From contig JBKAGE010000077.1 of assembly GCA_046290225.1 (NCBI GenBank), positions 32,001-96,000 of the forward strand: DNA of 64,000 bases, written 5' to 3'. A model generated the notes under the pieces. It ran no database searches. It saw only the letters and a program-made list of their open reading frames with translations, and was not told where the DNA came from. Positions 10,196 to 20,016 of the stretch are shown piece by piece (the stretch's first letter is position 1; every line of letters starts with the position of its first letter). A program made the translations under genes and the position numbers. This DNA comes from Bradymonadia bacterium (GTDB lineage: Bacteria > Myxococcota_A > Bradymonadia > UBA7976 > UBA1532).

Positions 10196-11011
10196 ATGCG
10201 AGGACTCAAACGCTGGCTTCTGATCGGTGTGCTGGTGGCTGTGGTCGTCGGGGTGGTGCTCTGGCGGAGTCAATTCACCACCCTGGTGCCTGGCGTCAAG
10301 CCTGATCTCGACGCCATCGAGGCCATGACCACCTTCGACAACAGCGATTGGGCCCATGTGCTCGAGACCTACGTCGATGATCAAGGGCAGGTGAACTACG
10401 CTGCCCTCAAAGCCAACCCCGAGCGGTTGTATCGATACGTGCATCTTATCGGACACGCCGGGCCCACTCGAAAGCCCAAGCTGTTCCCAACTTCGGGGCA
10501 CATGCTGGCTTACTACATCAACGCCTACAACGCCCTCACGATGTACAACGTGATCGAGCGCTGGCCCGACATCAAATCGGTCCGGGACGATCGCGCCAAC
10601 TTCTTCGTGTTCACCCGCTTCGTCGTCGACGGTGAAGACGTGAGCTTGCATGTGCTCGAGACCAAATCGGTCTTCAAGAAGTTCAAGCAGGTGAAAGGCA
10701 TCGAGAAAGCCCACTTCGCCCTGAACTGCGCCAGCAAGGGCTGTCCCCGCCTGCCCCGAGTCCCCTTCGATGGCGAGGCCATCGAGATGCAGCTCGACAC
10801 CGAAGCCAGGAAGTTCCTGCAGGAGCCCCGCAACTACGCGCTGGACGAGGACGCGGTGGTCGTCAGCCAAATTTTTCAGTGGTACGAAGAGCAATTCAGG
10901 CCTGACGTGCAGACATGGATCAAGGCCGAGGTCCCCGAGGTGCGGCTGCCAGAGGGGTTGAAGTTGAGGCACTTGCCCTACGACTGGTCACTCAACGTAC
11001 AACCACGATGA
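10196..11011 (+). CDS. DUF547 domain-containing protein
   Basis: VNYAAL, LAYYINAYNALT, HFALNCASKGCPRL, SQIFQWY, YDWSLN. Confidence 0.9.
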   Translation: MRGLKRWLLIGVLVAVVVGVVLWRSQFTTLVPGVKPDLDAIEAMTTFDNSDWAHVLETYVDDQGQVNYAALKANPERLYRYVHLIGHAGPTRKPKLFPTSGHMLAYYINAYNALTMYNVIERWPDIKSVRDDRANFFVFTRFVVDGEDVSLHVLETKSVFKKFKQVKGIEKAHFALNCASKGCPRLPRVPFDGEAIEMQLDTEARKFLQEPRNYALDEDAVVVSQIFQWYEEQFRPDVQTWIKAEVPEVRLPEGLKLRHLPYDWSLNVQPR

Positions 11012-11021
11012 GCGGTCACGA

Positions 11022-11702
11022 TTACGCGTAGAGATATCGACAGCAGTCGCAGCTCGGCTTCCCAAAGAGATCGGGGTAGTGCTGCATGAAATGCTCTTGC
11101 TGACTGGCGATCTCGTGCAGTCGCTCGAAGGGCACCTCTACGGCCTTCACCCGCGATCCGTCTTCGAGTCGGTGCACCCCGAAGGTGATCTGACCTTCTT
11201 CAGCCTGCTCGTAGACCAGCTCCACAGGGCCCAACACGTAGAAGTCGGCGAGCCTGTCGCGCATCACCGTCAGCTTGAGACACTCCACCAGGGGCTGGGG
11301 GATGCCCGCCCGGGACAGCCGCACCGCCTCGGTGAGGCGCTCGTGCCCGAAGACCAACAGAATCTGACATTCCGACAAGGCCTTCATCACCGGCGAGGGG
11401 GCCGCGCCGAACTCCTGGGCGAAGTAGGCCATGGTCTCTTCTTCGAGGGCCTTGCGGTGGCTGCGATCTGCCCGCGGGTGCATCACCACCCAGAGGCGAT
11501 GCGGCACATCGGCAAAGAGCATCTTCTGCTCTGGGCGCCATGTCTCCCCACAGCCATCACAGGTCAGCTGCGCGAAGGTGCCTGCGAGGACTTCATCGGC
11601 CACATGGGGCAACAGCTGAGCGTTGAGACTCTGGAAACGATTGGTCTGCTGAGACAAACCACAGACCGGACACTCGACGGTGACGTGCTCCAACTTGCTC
11701 AT
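11022..11702 (-). CDS. CpXC domain-containing protein
   Basis: N-terminal ECPVCG...SLNA...GTF..LTCDGCG...LFADVPHRLWV pattern of CpXC zinc-ribbon proteins. Confidence 0.8.
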   Translation of the reverse strand: MSKLEHVTVECPVCGLSQQTNRFQSLNAQLLPHVADEVLAGTFAQLTCDGCGETWRPEQKMLFADVPHRLWVVMHPRADRSHRKALEEETMAYFAQEFGAAPSPVMKALSECQILLVFGHERLTEAVRLSRAGIPQPLVECLKLTVMRDRLADFYVLGPVELVYEQAEEGQITFGVHRLEDGSRVKAVEVPFERLHEIASQQEHFMQHYPDLFGKPSCDCCRYLYA

Positions 11703-12610
11703 GCGCCCCTTGGGTCAGCGTAGTACTTGAGTTGCGGCAGCGGGCTCTCGGAGAGCCGGACCCCCAGATACGACATGCGACGCAGCCCCGCGGTGCGAAT
11801 GAAGTGCCCCATCTCTCTGCGGGCCGTCTCCTGATCTTGTGGCGCGATCCAGGGCTGGATCACCTCGGGCTTCACCTCGGGGTAGTCGAGCTTGAGCCAG
11901 GGTTTGCGCTCGGCGAGGGTGAAGTTGATCGAGGCGAAGAGGGTGGTCTCGCGCTCACCGAGGATCGCCTCGTGCACCGGACGCCAGGTCTCGACCATCT
12001 CCGGTGACACTCCGAAGGGCGCCATGAGCGCGCCGATGCGGGTGGTGACCCCAGGGAGGCGATCTGGGGTGACATATTGAGAGAAGTAGAGCTTGTGATG
12101 CAGCCCGGGCTGCCCTGCTCGGGCGGCGGCGGCGACGAAGTGCACCGTCTCTTTCTCGAGGGTGCGGGCCAGCAGCTCGATCTCACCACGGACCGACTCG
12201 GCCACTCCGAGCTCGTCGAAGAACTCGAGTACCCGCCAGACCTCGGGGCGGCGCCGATGGTAGAACGCCGCCAGGCGCTCGGGCTCCTGACCCTCGCGAT
12301 GATGCCACTCGAGCTTGAGGAAGCCCCGCCGATGGCCCATCAAATGGGCGAGGCGGCGATGATGCGCTCGGGCCGCTTCAGGCAGCTGCATGGCAGCGAG
12401 CACAGCAGCGGCGCGCTCGGTGAACTCTGCCCCCTCCCCGCGGATCATGAAGCCTGCCACTCGGCCGTTGGGGCTCAAGATGGCCTCACCATATGCATCC
12501 GCTTCGGCGCCAAAGGTCTCGAGCATGGCCCGACCTTCGCCAACGGCGTTCATGGGGGCCAGAGCCTCTTCGAGGAAGACCGACAGGCTGCTGCGAATGC
12601 CCGGCTTCAT
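11699..12610 (-). CDS. Hypothetical protein, possibly ABBA prenyltransferase-like barrel
   Basis: ATG 12610 overlaps the upstream stop (ATGA) and its stop overlaps the CpXC start; repeated beta-hairpins ending KLEW, KLYF, KLDY, KYY. Confidence 0.65.
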   Translation of the reverse strand: MKPGIRSSLSVFLEEALAPMNAVGEGRAMLETFGAEADAYGEAILSPNGRVAGFMIRGEGAEFTERAAAVLAAMQLPEAARAHHRRLAHLMGHRRGFLKLEWHHREGQEPERLAAFYHRRRPEVWRVLEFFDELGVAESVRGEIELLARTLEKETVHFVAAAARAGQPGLHHKLYFSQYVTPDRLPGVTTRIGALMAPFGVSPEMVETWRPVHEAILGERETTLFASINFTLAERKPWLKLDYPEVKPEVIQPWIAPQDQETARREMGHFIRTAGLRRMSYLGVRLSESPLPQLKYYADPRGA

Positions 12611-13137
12611 TGAGGCACCATGTAGATCGACGTGGAAGAGAACGCGTAGGCGGCGTCGACGCGGGCCTGCACCTTGTAGACCACCACAGTGCCCGTCTGT
12701 CCGCCCTGCTGGGCGAAGAAAGTGAGCACGGCGCCACTCCCCTGAGACTCGAGACGCATCTCGGGGTTTTCGTCTGGCGGCAACATGGGGAAGCCCGCCC
12801 CCGTGAGCTCGGTGAACCCCGGATGCAGCACCCACCGCACGCGATGGGCGAGATCTTTGGCGCTCAAGGTGGGCGCTTTGGGCACGCCGGCGGCCTTGAA
12901 GAGCGGCCCGAGGGTTTTGGCGAGGGCCACGGTGCCGTCAGCGCCGGCAAACCCACGCATGATCCCCTTGGGCCCATTGGCCTGAAACGCGAAGAGCGGG
13001 CCAGTCTTGCGGCTGGTGTAGTCCTCGCCACCAGTGCTCTCGGTGACTGGCTCCACCTTCACCGCGCCACCCGCCACCGTCCATGTCTTGAGGATGGCCT
13101 CGGTGAAGTGTTTTCGGGCCTTCTCGAACTCACTCAA
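12607..13137 (-). CDS. Hypothetical protein (candidate immunity/partner of the upstream DUF4157 protein)
   Basis: 176-aa ORF, TTG start 50 bp after the upstream stop, coupled to the next gene. Confidence 0.65.
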   Translation of the reverse strand: MSEFEKARKHFTEAILKTWTVAGGAVKVEPVTESTGGEDYTSRKTGPLFAFQANGPKGIMRGFAGADGTVALAKTLGPLFKAAGVPKAPTLSAKDLAHRVRWVLHPGFTELTGAGFPMLPPDENPEMRLESQGSGAVLTFFAQQGGQTGTVVVYKVQARVDAAYAFSSTSIYMVPQ

Positions 13138-13187
13138 TGTCGGGGCTCTCCCATCTCGATGTCGTGGTCAAAGCGGACCACAGTAGA

Positions 13188-16100
13188 TCACTCGCCAGAG
13201 TCGCCGGTCTTCATCCCTGTGCCACCGCTGGTGTTGCCAGAGTCCTGGGCGCTGGTGGGATCCATGTTCCGGTTGTGGATGTTGTTGGTCAGCCAGTTGC
13301 GCCAGGAGGCCACCGGCACCAGACGCCCCAGCTCGGAGTCGGCCACCTGCCCCGCTTCTTCGTAGTAGACCGTGTAGACCTCGGCGAAGAATTCAGCGGG
13401 GGAGAAGATGGAGTAGTCCCGCACGCGGTTCGTCTGCACCGACTCGTTGTAGTAGTGATACTGGTGGTAGTAGTGGTTGATGGTGAAGAAGTTGCCACCA
13501 TAACCCTTCACGTTCTGCGGACTGGTCCAGAACTGCTTGCCACCCTGTACGCAGGGCTTTGCGGCCTCGATGACCGGCACCCCTTTGTTCCAGTATTTGT
13601 TGATGGCGTGCGTGGCATCGAGGCCATTGTTCAGCGCGTGACCTCCGTTGCCGCCACGCTCCGAGTCGATGTGGTTCTTGATCGCCGTCTTCTCGGCCTC
13701 GCTGATCGTCGAGCCATCGTTGGTTTGCCATGGATTGCCCATAGCGCTGGCCCAGTCGTCGAAGCTGGTCCCCGTCTGCCAGCCCCCGAGGCCTTGAGTA
13801 AAGCCCGTCACCCCACCCACCGCGGTGTCGACGGAGTGCGCGATCTCGTGGCGGACCACGGCCTCGAGCCAGTTCACTCGACGAAAGCCCGTGCCATCGC
13901 TCGCCGTCACGGGTGTGAAGGCGTTTTGGTTGTTCGCCAGGTTGTTCTGCAGGGTGTACTTGTTGTTCGCCTCATCTTTGGTGGCGATGGTGTGTGTCTC
14001 TTGAGTGCCACCGCGGCCCACCATGATGCTGTCGCCGGCGTCGAAGACATCGACATCGCGCACGACGAGCTCTTTTTGCCCGCTCGCGGCCTGGGCGCGC
14101 AGTTGAGTGCCCACCCCATAGGTCGATCGCCGGTTGGTGCTGCCGTCGCTCACCATCACCCCTTGCGCGTAATCCTGACTCAGGGGGTTGTCGAGGGTGA
14201 TCTTGTTGGTGGCCATGTCCCGGGCGGTCACCTGATGCACATCAGCGGAGGGCTGAGGGCCGATGGCGATGCCCGAACCGATGAAATACGCAGAGGCGTC
14301 GTACAGGAACACCTCGGTGTCACCGGCGCTCGCCGCCTGAGCGAGGCCCGTACCGGCGAGGGTGTTCGACTCCTCGCCGAGGCGGAAGTTGCCTGAAGAG
14401 TTCATGGTGGCCCCGCCGCTGTCGGCGAGCAGGGTCAACGTGCTGAAGACACTGTTCCGGGCATCTTGAGGGGGCTGATCTTTGAGGTGATCGTGCACCT
14501 GCCTCAGGATCGTCACGCCCCACACTGCGGTGCGCGGCTCTTTCGTACCCGCGGAGTTCTCGTTGTTGGCATCTTCGGTGGCGGTGTCGACTTCCCAATA
14601 CGCCTCAAAGGCCGAGAGCACTGCCGGGGTGTGGTTGCTGTTGGTGATCACATTGTCGGCGAGCGTACGGCGCGGACCCGTGGACAGCGCTTCGAAGTAT
14701 CGATCCGCAGCGTCTTTCGTCGGGGTCCCCGTGGGCAGATAAGGCGTACCGAGGGCCACCAGGGCGTTGTCGAGATCAGGGCCACTCAGCTCGCTGATGA
14801 TGCGGGCGACCATCGTCTCGTCTGCAGCCACCTCGAGCACCTGTGCCGGCGGCGCCGCGGCGATGGAGTTGGCGAGGTAGGCCTCGTCGGTGCCCCACCC
14901 TCTCATGGCCAGGTTGAGCTTGCGGGACAAGTGCACGTTGAGGCGCTCGAGGACCTGCCTCAAATCATCGTCGCCGAGCTCGCCCTCGAGTCGATCGACG
15001 AGAGGATCGTTGCCGGCCACCCGGCTCAGCTCTTCGTCGGTGGCACTTGCGAGGGTGGTGTGAATGTAAGCCTCGTCGGTGCCCCAGCCGTCCATGGCGA
15101 GGTCGAGCTTGCGCTCCACCGACATGTTGAGCTGATCGAAGATGCGGGTCATGTCGTCGTGGCTCAGCTCACTGCGCAGCTGAGCCACGAGGGCGTCGTT
15201 CCCAGCGATGCGGGTACGCTCCTCTTCAGTGGCTTCACCGAGCACCCGGTGGATGTAGGCGTCGTCAGCCCCCCATCCGCCCATGGCCATCTCCAGCTTG
15301 CTCTCCACAGTGACGGGCAGTCGATCGAGCACCCGCAACATGTGATCTCGACTCAGCTCGCTCTGTAGTCGGCCCACAAGGGCCTCGTTCCCCGCGATGC
15401 GGGCGAGCTCCTCGTCGCTGGCGCCGCCAAGCGTCTCGTGGATGAAGCTCTCGTCGGTCCCCCAGCCATCCATGGCGAGCTTCAGCTTGCGCTCCACGCT
15501 CACGGGGAGCATGCGGAATACCTGCTTCATCTCGCTGTGGCTCAGCTCGCTCGCCAGCTCGTTCATGAGGCCGTTGTCGTTGGCCACCGACATCAGCTCT
15601 TTGCCGCTCGCCCGACGCAGGCGGCCGAAGATCGACTCTTCGTCGGTGCCCCAGCCCCCCATGGCCTCTCGCAGATCACTCTTGATGTCGAACTGCACCG
15701 TGGCCATTTGATGCTGCACGCTGGCGCCACCGGCGCTGCCGCCACCGGCCATCTGATCGATGAGGCCCTCGGCAGATTCGCCCTTGACCACCTTGTCGGC
15801 CACAGCGTCGGCGTGCTGCTCGTACTTGTCGCCCACCTTGCCGACGCCACCATCGAGGCTGACGTTGGTCAGGCTGCCCACCACCGCGTGGGTGGCCTCA
15901 TGGGCTGCCGTGTGCAGGCTCGGCGCACCATTGAAGGCCACCTTGGGGGCGCCATCACCCGTGACGGCGTACCCATTGGACCCCATGGCCTCGTTCGCCG
16001 AGGTGGCGTCTCCACCTGTGAACGATTGAACGCCGCTGACATCGTGGCGACCGAAAGAGTTTTGGATGGCATCGAAGTGCGGCAGCTGGCCGCCAGAGCC

Positions 16101-16280
16101 CGCGATCCCCTTCGAGGCGGTCTCGTGGATGGCTCCGCTCACCCCACCACCAGAGTGTTGAACGTTGAGTTCCTGGCTCTGCTGAAGGGTGGCCTCACCG
16201 GTATCGAGCTGGATGGCATCGTCGGCATCGTGTGATGACTCGGGCGCAGCTTCGCTGCTCTTGGTCTGTTGTGCCTTCAA
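13188..16280 (-). CDS. DUF4157 (eCIS-core) domain + 5 annexin-like repeats + C-terminal HExxH zinc metallopeptidase; candidate toxin/effector
   Basis: LPHFDAIQNSFGRHDVSGV...SLHTAAHEATH...YEQHADAVAD; AMxGWG[TA]D[ED] x5 at an exact 63-aa period; VRHEIAHSVD...DYSIFSPAEFFAEVY. Confidence 0.85.
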   Translation of the reverse strand: MKAQQTKSSEAAPESSHDADDAIQLDTGEATLQQSQELNVQHSGGGVSGAIHETASKGIAGSGGQLPHFDAIQNSFGRHDVSGVQSFTGGDATSANEAMGSNGYAVTGDGAPKVAFNGAPSLHTAAHEATHAVVGSLTNVSLDGGVGKVGDKYEQHADAVADKVVKGESAEGLIDQMAGGGSAGGASVQHQMATVQFDIKSDLREAMGGWGTDEESIFGRLRRASGKELMSVANDNGLMNELASELSHSEMKQVFRMLPVSVERKLKLAMDGWGTDESFIHETLGGASDEELARIAGNEALVGRLQSELSRDHMLRVLDRLPVTVESKLEMAMGGWGADDAYIHRVLGEATEEERTRIAGNDALVAQLRSELSHDDMTRIFDQLNMSVERKLDLAMDGWGTDEAYIHTTLASATDEELSRVAGNDPLVDRLEGELGDDDLRQVLERLNVHLSRKLNLAMRGWGTDEAYLANSIAAAPPAQVLEVAADETMVARIISELSGPDLDNALVALGTPYLPTGTPTKDAADRYFEALSTGPRRTLADNVITNSNHTPAVLSAFEAYWEVDTATEDANNENSAGTKEPRTAVWGVTILRQVHDHLKDQPPQDARNSVFSTLTLLADSGGATMNSSGNFRLGEESNTLAGTGLAQAASAGDTEVFLYDASAYFIGSGIAIGPQPSADVHQVTARDMATNKITLDNPLSQDYAQGVMVSDGSTNRRSTYGVGTQLRAQAASGQKELVVRDVDVFDAGDSIMVGRGGTQETHTIATKDEANNKYTLQNNLANNQNAFTPVTASDGTGFRRVNWLEAVVRHEIAHSVDTAVGGVTGFTQGLGGWQTGTSFDDWASAMGNPWQTNDGSTISEAEKTAIKNHIDSERGGNGGHALNNGLDATHAINKYWNKGVPVIEAAKPCVQGGKQFWTSPQNVKGYGGNFFTINHYYHQYHYYNESVQTNRVRDYSIFSPAEFFAEVYTVYYEEAGQVADSELGRLVPVASWRNWLTNNIHNRNMDPTSAQDSGNTSGGTGMKTGDSGE

Positions 16281-16609
16281 CGCCCATCCTCCTCGACGCC
16301 TGATCTCTCACCCATATGGTGCGGGGTACAATGCCACAGCGATGCTCAGCGCATCAAAGGGCACATGGTGTTCTCCGAATATACTCAAAGACATAGCGCC
16401 CAAAAGATGATGCTGGCTCCCCACCTGTTCAGCGCCGGCCGGTCACCTTATCTGTTGAAGGTATGTGCATATGCTTTTCAACATTCTCTGAAATGAAAGC
16501 CCCACATTCCGCCACAACCCTCCCAGAAAACCGCATATGACAAAACTTGATACTTGGCTCAACAAACCTTTGACGGCAACAACCTTTGTTTGTCAGCATC
16601 ATTTACGTC

Positions 16610-17020
16610 ATGAACGTAGGACCAAACATCGCCGACGTGGTTCTGGAGGGCTTCTCCACCCTGCCTGAAGAGCCCATTTCCTTCGATCTGGCCGCCGCCA
16701 TCATCAGCGACGTATTGCGCCAGGGTACGCGGCGACCGGTGACGGATGATCTCTGGCGCCGCTGGCTACAGCAAGGCACCCCTCACCAACAACACATCGT
16801 GTGTGTCGTGGCCAGAGCGCTGGCACACACCGGGCTGAGAGCGGCCACGGTGAGCGCGGTTCAGCGCATGGCCCACTGGAACCCCGATGCGACGCTTGGG
16901 CACTTCATCGAACTCGTCGGGGAGATCGACCTCAAAACGCTCAAGCGCGATCGTGCCACGCAGCAATATTTTTGCGGGGCCTGGCTCACCGCCTGGAGCG
17001 ATGAGGGCTCAGCCAGCTGA
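16610..17020 (+). CDS. Hypothetical protein
   Basis: Protein-like ORF divergent from the DUF4157 gene; no motif recognised. Confidence 0.55.
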   Translation: MNVGPNIADVVLEGFSTLPEEPISFDLAAAIISDVLRQGTRRPVTDDLWRRWLQQGTPHQQHIVCVVARALAHTGLRAATVSAVQRMAHWNPDATLGHFIELVGEIDLKTLKRDRATQQYFCGAWLTAWSDEGSAS

Positions 17021-17048
17021 TCGTACGGCGCGGCCTGCACAACACCAC

Positions 17049-17636
17049 TCAATTGGCGTGCGAGAGCACCACATCTGGCCAGAGCAGCGCATCAGGGCCC
17101 GTGGCCGCCTGAGCCGCTCTGAACTCTGCCACGGTGGGGTACTGATCAGCCTCGAGCTTGAGGCGCACAGCATCCATCACCCGGATGATGTCGGCATAGG
17201 GCACATCTGCATCTGCAGTGAGCACCAGGGGGTTGGCTTCGGGGAAGCGTGCTCGCAGCTGATGCATCACCGAATACAAAGCGTTGAGATCGAGCCCGGT
17301 CTCCAGACGGGGGATCTCGATGGGGGCCTGCTCGCCGGCATCGTCGAGGGGTCGATCGCCCTGGATCGAGAAGCCATGGGCACCGATCCCCAGAGTGATG
17401 GTCACCGGTGGTTCAGCGGGCGGATTGGGTGACGGGATCGCGGGACCGAACTTCGAAGCGTTGACGTTGACCACCCCCAACTGCACGAAGCTGGCCCCGA
17501 AGAGGACCATGGGGATCAAGCACACCACGAGGTTCATGATGGGGACGAGGTTCAACTCCGACTCAGCCTCGGCTGAGCGCACGTATGCTCTGCGCTGCAT
17601 CAGCGTGACTCCCGGCAGCGAGGCTGCCTGACTCAA
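17049..17636 (-). CDS. ExbD/TolR-family protein
   Basis: ELNLVPIMNLVVCLIP TM segment; LTADADVPYADIIRVMDAVR. Confidence 0.88.
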   Translation of the reverse strand: MSQAASLPGVTLMQRRAYVRSAEAESELNLVPIMNLVVCLIPMVLFGASFVQLGVVNVNASKFGPAIPSPNPPAEPPVTITLGIGAHGFSIQGDRPLDDAGEQAPIEIPRLETGLDLNALYSVMHQLRARFPEANPLVLTADADVPYADIIRVMDAVRLKLEADQYPTVAEFRAAQAATGPDALLWPDVVLSHAN

Positions 17637-17925
17637 CAGTTCATGTGATTGATCACCCCCGGGGCATCTGCACAGTGATCATCTCGTAGGACATTGAGAC
17701 TTCGGCAAAGTTCCCCCGAAATCCAGCCAACACGGGTACTTTCCACGGTGTTCCACATCCACCCCTTCGAATGAGTGACTGAAACAAACAGAACGCTTCA
17801 AAGATCAGGAGACAAAATGGGTCACATTCGACCCATGGTTCTCAATGCGGTTTCTGAGGAAAATGTGTAGAGTAGTTCCCCCTCCAGTGAAGGAGAGGTC
17901 ACCGTTGAGGGAGTGTCCGTCGATC

Positions 17926-18870
17926 ATGAGCAACCCGAATGCCCACGAGAGCACCAGCGACGAGGTCGCCGCCTCCAGGGCTGCACCTCGAGATGTACCC
18001 ACCGTTTCGATCATCATGCCGGCCTACAACATGGAGGCCTACATCGCCAACGCGATCGAATCGGTCCTGAACCAGACGGTCCCGGCCACGGAGATCCTGG
18101 TGGTGGACGACGGCTCGACTGATCGCACCACGGAGATCGTCAAGAGCTTTGGCGACAAGGTGCGTCTCTTCGAGCAAGACCACCTCGGGCCCTACCCTGC
18201 GCGTAACCTCGCCGGCCGCTACGCCGTCGGCGAGTGGCTGGCCTATCTCGATGCCGACGACACGTGGCTGCCCAACAAGCTCGAACGTCAGTTCGAGTAC
18301 ATCCGAGACGACGTCGCCCTGATCTACACCGATCGCTACAACACGGGCGTCCTCGCCGGGCTGCCCGACGTGCACAGCCACGCACAGCCCATGTACTCTG
18401 GCGACGTCTTCGAGACCCTGCTCGCGGGCAACTACATCACCACTTCGTCAGTGCTGTTGCGCGCTTCGGTTCTCCACGAGCTCGGCGGGTTCTCGATGCA
18501 CCCCGAGCTCGCTGTGGGTGGGGACTGGGACATGTGGCTGAGGGTGGCCGCCGAGCATCAAGTGATCTTCATCGACGAGCCTCTGGTGAACTACCTGCTC
18601 CATGCTCAGGGGGTGAGTCGCAACCTCAACCGCATGCTCAAATCTCGCATGCGTTCGATCAATCGCGCCCTCTCTTCACCACGCGGCCAGGCCCTCGATC
18701 CCAGCTTCAGCCGCCAGATCCTGGCGGCGACGCATCGCTGCAACGGGTGGGACGCCAACCGCCTGGGCAATCGAAAGAGCGCGATGATCTCCTATGTTCA
18801 GGCTGCGATGACTTGGCCCTTCGAGAAGGAGAACTTCCTGGGCCTCGCCCGGACAGTCCTCAAGCGCTGA
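17926..18870 (+). CDS. Family 2 glycosyltransferase
   Basis: VSIIMPAYN, VVDDGSTD, ARN, YLDADDTW, GDWDMWLR. Confidence 0.93.
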   Translation: MSNPNAHESTSDEVAASRAAPRDVPTVSIIMPAYNMEAYIANAIESVLNQTVPATEILVVDDGSTDRTTEIVKSFGDKVRLFEQDHLGPYPARNLAGRYAVGEWLAYLDADDTWLPNKLERQFEYIRDDVALIYTDRYNTGVLAGLPDVHSHAQPMYSGDVFETLLAGNYITTSSVLLRASVLHELGGFSMHPELAVGGDWDMWLRVAAEHQVIFIDEPLVNYLLHAQGVSRNLNRMLKSRMRSINRALSSPRGQALDPSFSRQILAATHRCNGWDANRLGNRKSAMISYVQAAMTWPFEKENFLGLARTVLKR

Positions 18871-18872
18871 CG

Positions 18873-19880
18873 TCAGTCATTCGGGCCGCACGCTGCGCCT
18901 TCACACCGTACCCGAGCGATGCGATTGAGCACCTGCACCGAGCAGGTGGTGGCGTCGAACTGGAACAGCACCCAGAACTCGTGTGAGTCAGGCGGGATCG
19001 GTTGCAGCACCCGCCCCCCGAACCTGACCCGCTCTCCGCGGCACACCATGCTCACGCTCACTTCACCCTCAGTCTCGACGCCGAAGCTGCCCTCTGCAGG
19101 GCCCACCCCCACGACATAGACCCCCGCTGTGGGTGAGTTGAGTCGCACCTGGTTGCGATTGGCCCGAGGCTCGGCGGCCCAATAACCCGGATTGCAGAAA
19201 GCCGGTGTCGCCCCCTGACGCCAACAATCGTCGGCGCTGAACGGATCAGCGCCTTCGGGGTAGACGTGCACATCGTAGCGCACCCCTGGATCAGGCCAGT
19301 CAGCCGTGATCCAGACTGTGGGGATCACCTCGTCACACACATCGCCGATGCCGTCTTCGTCGACGTCGGCCTGATCGGGATTGGGCAACCCGGGGCAGTT
19401 GTCACAGGCGTCGACGAGGCCATCACCGTCGTCGTCTCCTGGCGGCGGGTTGGCCACCTGAGGGCAGTCGTCGCACAGCTCCCCGATGCCGTCACCGTCT
19501 TGATCAACCTGATAGGGATCAGGGATGTCAGGACACACATCGACGTCATCGGTGATGCCATCATTGTCACGATCACCAGGGGGCTCGACGATACCGCCCA
19601 TACCGCCCATACCGCCCATACCCGCCATCCCGCCAGCGCCACCGAGGCCGCCAGCGCCGCCCATATCGAGCACGCCCAGATCGAAGCGTGCCTCTGCGTC
19701 TGGCTCCATGACCCCGCCAGCACCACCACCTGCGCCCCCCACGGCAGCATCGATGGGCCTGCAGAAGGCATCGCCTATGCCGCAAATGGGCTCGAAGTTC
19801 AGCTCGGGCTCTTCGAGGCAGCCCAGCAGGCTCATGGAGAGCAGGCCGGTGAGCGCGATGTGTCTGAGGGTGATGTTCAC
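18873..19880 (-). CDS. Lipoprotein with thrombospondin type-3 Ca-binding repeats
   Basis: LLSMSLLGC lipobox after GTG 19880; Gly/Met linker; DxDxDG..D.CDNCP repeats. Confidence 0.8.
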   Translation of the reverse strand: MNITLRHIALTGLLSMSLLGCLEEPELNFEPICGIGDAFCRPIDAAVGGAGGGAGGVMEPDAEARFDLGVLDMGGAGGLGGAGGMAGMGGMGGMGGIVEPPGDRDNDGITDDVDVCPDIPDPYQVDQDGDGIGELCDDCPQVANPPPGDDDGDGLVDACDNCPGLPNPDQADVDEDGIGDVCDEVIPTVWITADWPDPGVRYDVHVYPEGADPFSADDCWRQGATPAFCNPGYWAAEPRANRNQVRLNSPTAGVYVVGVGPAEGSFGVETEGEVSVSMVCRGERVRFGGRVLQPIPPDSHEFWVLFQFDATTCSVQVLNRIARVRCEGAACGPND

Positions 19881-20016
19881 GTGCGGGATCGCAGGGTGGT
19901 GCTCGACAGGTCGAGGGTAATGATCAGCGCCGGCGGCGTCTACCAACAGAGACGATACGGGATTTGGACGGACCGAGTCGGTTATCCTGCCCAGCGTAGG
20001 GTCATGTGGGGTGTGT

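Noticed and set aside
16320..16340. Possible sigma54 promoter upstream of the DUF4157 gene
   Set aside because: GG-to-GC spacing is 11 nt rather than the required 10
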